DNA from: Tubulanus polymorphus
Lineage: Eukaryota > Animalia > Nemertea
DNA length: 64,000 nucleotides
NCBI RefSeq assembly: GCF_964204645.1
Contig: NC_134030.1
Span: 21,784,210-21,848,209, forward strand
Direction of reading: 5' to 3'
Shown here: piece after piece, positions 60,801-64,000 of the stretch
How the letters are laid out: each line of letters begins with the position of its first letter
Numbering within the stretch: position 1 is the first letter of the stretch
Program-made: the position numbers and the translations under genes
The notes under the pieces: model-generated
What the model was told of the DNA's origin: nothing
Databases searched by the model: none
What the model saw: only the letters and a program-made list of their open reading frames with translations

Positions 60801-63800
60801 GAATTCTAATCTGTTCATCAATTCCATATCCTGCTCCATAGTTACCCTGATCCCATAAACTCCTAACAAGAGACTCCCAACACTAGAATCATAACCCCCT
60901 CAGTTTTTTAAATTCAGATTTAGATCAAATTAAGTAAGAATTTTATAGTAAAAGTGAACTGTATGAATTTATCTGTTTAGATCTAATTAATGTATATTTA
61001 TTAGTTATTGTTGTTCTGTTTTTCAGTAAAAGATGAAATAGCGAGTAAGTACTGATAACAACTTCCATGTTAAAGTTTTGATAAATTTATATATCTCATG
61101 TCCTGTTTTAAATAGTAGTGGTTCTTATTAAAATCCAGTGAAACCGTTTTACAGATGATGAAAATACTTCCTTCAAGACAAAAGGAAGGATTGTGAAAGA
61201 AGAACATGTTTCCCTCTCCCTGCAGTAATCTATTGTGTTTATTCTGTTTCAGTGTTTCATATCAGACCAATTATTGCAAACAGAATCCCGGGATTTAAAG
61301 GTGAATACATTGTGTTGACTGTTAGGTGTTTTAATAATCAAATTAAATCGGTACCGAGAGTAAGAGTGGTCGACTGGTACTGAGTAAGGGTGGCGGTCGA
61401 CTGGTACTGAGAAAGGGTGGCGGTCGACTGGTACTGAGTAAGGGTGGCGGTCGACTGGTACTGAGTAAGGGTGGCGGTCGACTGGTACTGAGTAAGGGTG
61501 GCGGTCGACTGGTACTGAGTAAGGGTGAAGGTCGACTGGTACTGAGTAAGGGTGAAGGTCGACTGGTACTGAGTAAGGGTGAAGGTCGACTGGTACTGAG
61601 TAAGGGTGAAGGTCGACTGTATTTTGTAGGAGGATATTTGACGCTGTAGCAGCATAAATAGTTTACATCATCAGTCGATGTCACAGTTGTTTCTAATCAA
61701 CATTGTATAATTACAGATTCATTAGTGACTGTTTTAAAAGAGAAATGTAAAAAGGCTATCAGTATGTGGCCATCAAAACACTGGACATATGATATATCTA
61801 CCGCGAGTAAGTTCACAGTGAAATCAGTTTGTGATTTATAATAGAATTCTATTGTATAAAAACTTGTCTATTGTTTATTACATATAGTGTCTGTACTCAG
61901 TAAATTAACCAGTAAAACTTTAAAGACAAACACAGGTTATTGGAAACAAGTCCAAGAATGTTTCGGTAAATAATAAATTCTTGTTTCACTGAACGTTTTA
62001 TTAAATGATCTGATTTTTATGTTTTGAATAATAATTGTTTGTTCTGTTTGAATAGGAGATGAAATTGACAGTGAAACAAATACAACTGAACTGACAAAAA
62101 TAGGTGAATATCAATACAACAACTTAATATTTCCAGATTAACAAAAATTATTTCGAATTTTGCGTTGAATTCATTGAAGATCGAAATTCATCAATGTGAT
62201 CAGATCTTTAGAGGCATCTGTTTTGGTTCATGGGTTACACAGTATTATCAGTTGAATTCTCGGCTCAAAATCAATCATAGCTTGAAAAAATCACGTTTAG
62301 AGTGTAAAATTAAGAGGTGTTTGAAAATCGTCACTCTTTGGTTACATTTTGTATAGATGTGAAAATTTATTTATTATTCATTTGTTCGTTTATAGTTGAT
62401 GATTGTTTGGGTGAATGCATTAAAACAATGAGTGATAAATGGAACACTGGTGAGTACCCCTCATATGGTGGCTGATAAGGGCCATGAAAATATTTCCTGA
62501 CCAAAAATTATTTCGTCATGAAAAATAATATTCCATCGAAAAATGTTCGTAAGTAAAAATAATTTCGTTGTGAAAAATAAATTCTCATCAAAAATATTCA
62601 TACGCTAAAATAATTTTATTAATAATCGCCTCCTAAATATAGGCGTGAGTAAAAATAATTCCGCTATGAAAAATAAATTGCCTTCCTTCAAAATATATTC
62701 CTAAAAATAATTGTGGGTTTTTCCGCTAGTGCACGCGTGCGCGCACGCGCTAGTCGCTAGTCACCCCTGATCTAGCCCTAAGTATAGTATAGTGGTACAC
62801 ACTGTGTGCATAATATACTTAAACTACACGGGGGACATACCGCACAGCTCTCATTTACACATGAATCAGGGTACTACGGTAGAGCTTTGGTTTATTTTTA
62901 TCCTGAAATTTTTTGATGAGTCCTTGTGAACTAACTTTAGGAAGGGTGGGATGGTGGTGATGTCGTTGGGTCCATGTGAACAGAAATTATGTGGAGGCAT
63001 TTAAATGAGGCTATTCAGAGTTGAAACAAACTGCAAAGTGAACAAGGTTAAGCGACAGTTTTCTATGAGGTTTAATTTCATGTTTTGTTATTTCTAGGCG
63101 ATTTTAAGAACCGCAAGATGATTGTAGGGAAAGGTAAATATTCCGTATATAATTCCCTTAGAACCGGTTCTATAGTCATCATTACAATTGAGACCAGTCT
63201 AAGACGGTCTCGGTTCAATAAACAACTAGAACCAGTCGTAAGATTTAAGACGAATTTTGGATTCAATTTTCGATTATGGAGCCGGCCACTGGTTATATCA
63301 ATGAAAAACCAATTTCATTATGAAAATCTGTTTGATTTTCTATCCATTTATATTTCAGCGAGTCCAGAAGAGATAAGTGAGTTCTGAGATTAGTAGAATT
63401 TATTTTAGATTTTCACTATTTTGATCTATAAAGTGATTGTTATGTATCCAGTGACAGGTATCTGTGTGAACTGGTGACCAAAATCACAAATGATTAATTA
63501 ATTGTCTTCACTAAAATAGAAACCAGTTGTCAATATCATCCCATGGTGGACCTAAAACCTTAAGTCGCACTTATCTGTTTATCAGACAGTTGTAGTCAGC
63601 GCTTGCCTCTGATTTTGTGGAACCAGTGAATAATAGTGACGTCGAATTACAAGTCACACTAGTTTGTTTAAGTCAGTGATTTTCTATATTGATAGATTCT
63701 AAACTACATGAATTAGCCGATAAAGAGTTTGAAGATAGGAAAGGTACTGTACACATAACAAAGTGTGAATTTCAACATGTTTTATGTTTAAAATCTTATT

Positions 63801-63956
63801 GATGTTTATTATCAATGTTTATTACAGTCGGTGAATTTAATCAAATAAAGACACCTGATGATCAAATAAAGACACAAGATGCATCATTCGAACGCGTAAA
63901 AACACCTGAAGAAATATTGCCTCTAACACTGGATATACCGGCACAACTCAGCACCG
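45834..63956 (+). CDS. Gene B copy 2 (3'-partial; continues beyond window)
   Basis: Exons 45834-45948, 47611-47901, 47999-48334, 49034-49360, 50293-50562, TM 51302-51397, then tail micro-exons from 52580-52654 to 63828-63956. Splice sites are conserved and the coding indels I found are all 3n. Confidence 0.85.
47019..47655 (+). repeat. 82-bp splice-acceptor minisatellite, copy 2 (8 acceptors)
   Basis: Acceptors at 47037 + 82n up to 47611. Confidence 0.95.
49476..50210. repeat. 78-bp intronic minisatellite x~8.5
   Basis: Unit gtgacagagtctcacgatgtcatcaggttcaaatccctgctgagggaggatgtgtctactaggacaggggtttgtact. Confidence 0.95.
60188..60588. mobile_element. Copy-2-specific TIR element carrying a tRNA-like segment
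   Basis: Perfect 15-bp inverted repeats gtggctactcgtacg (60198-60212) and cgtacgagtagccac (60565-60579); internal TGGTCTAGTGG...GGTTCGAGTCT; empty site at ~22245 in copy 1. Confidence 0.75.
61368..61619. repeat. 27-bp minisatellite, copy 2, x~9
   Basis: Same unit as 23082-23765. Confidence 0.95.
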
Positions 63957-64000
63957 GTAAGTGACTACACTGAAACTGCATGTTTGAATTTGAATTCAAT

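Larger units (their letters stand above)
37065..64000 (+). repeat. Tandem segmental unit copy 2 (truncated by window end)
   Basis: Same order of SINE, gene A, gene B exons and intronic repeats as copy 1, with substitutions and copy-specific indels. Confidence 0.95.

Overview
AT-rich animal genomic DNA with GT-AG introns; probably an invertebrate, but the species cannot be determined from the sequence. It is not prokaryotic. The window is a head-to-tail tandem array of a ~37 kb unit (about 1-37064, then 37065-64000 and continuing). The first ~550 bp match the sequence just downstream of the gene B stop, so a further copy probably lies upstream. Each unit carries two + strand type-I membrane receptor genes, assembled by hand from splice signals. 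Gene A (~374 aa) has a signal peptide, one Ig-like domain, a TM helix and a tail with seven ~14-aa Tyr-bearing repeats (YxxM/YxN). Gene B (~1490 aa, ~61 coding exons) has a signal peptide, an RVKR site, four Ig-like exons, a TM helix, and a ~1000-aa cytoplasmic tail ending in a PDZ-binding motif (GTQV). That tail is encoded by ~54 symmetric phase-1 micro-exons (18-156 nt, each a multiple of 3) that the ORF track largely misses. The A Ig domain is a homologue of B Ig exon 3, so the two genes look like a paired-receptor module. The tail contains a duplicated 15-exon cassette, shows many amino-acid differences and patchwork exchange between copies, and has lost one splice donor in one copy. Introns hold minisatellites (one is an 8x amplified splice acceptor), tRNA-derived SINEs, MITEs and LINE fragments. 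All gene models are predictions without transcript evidence.
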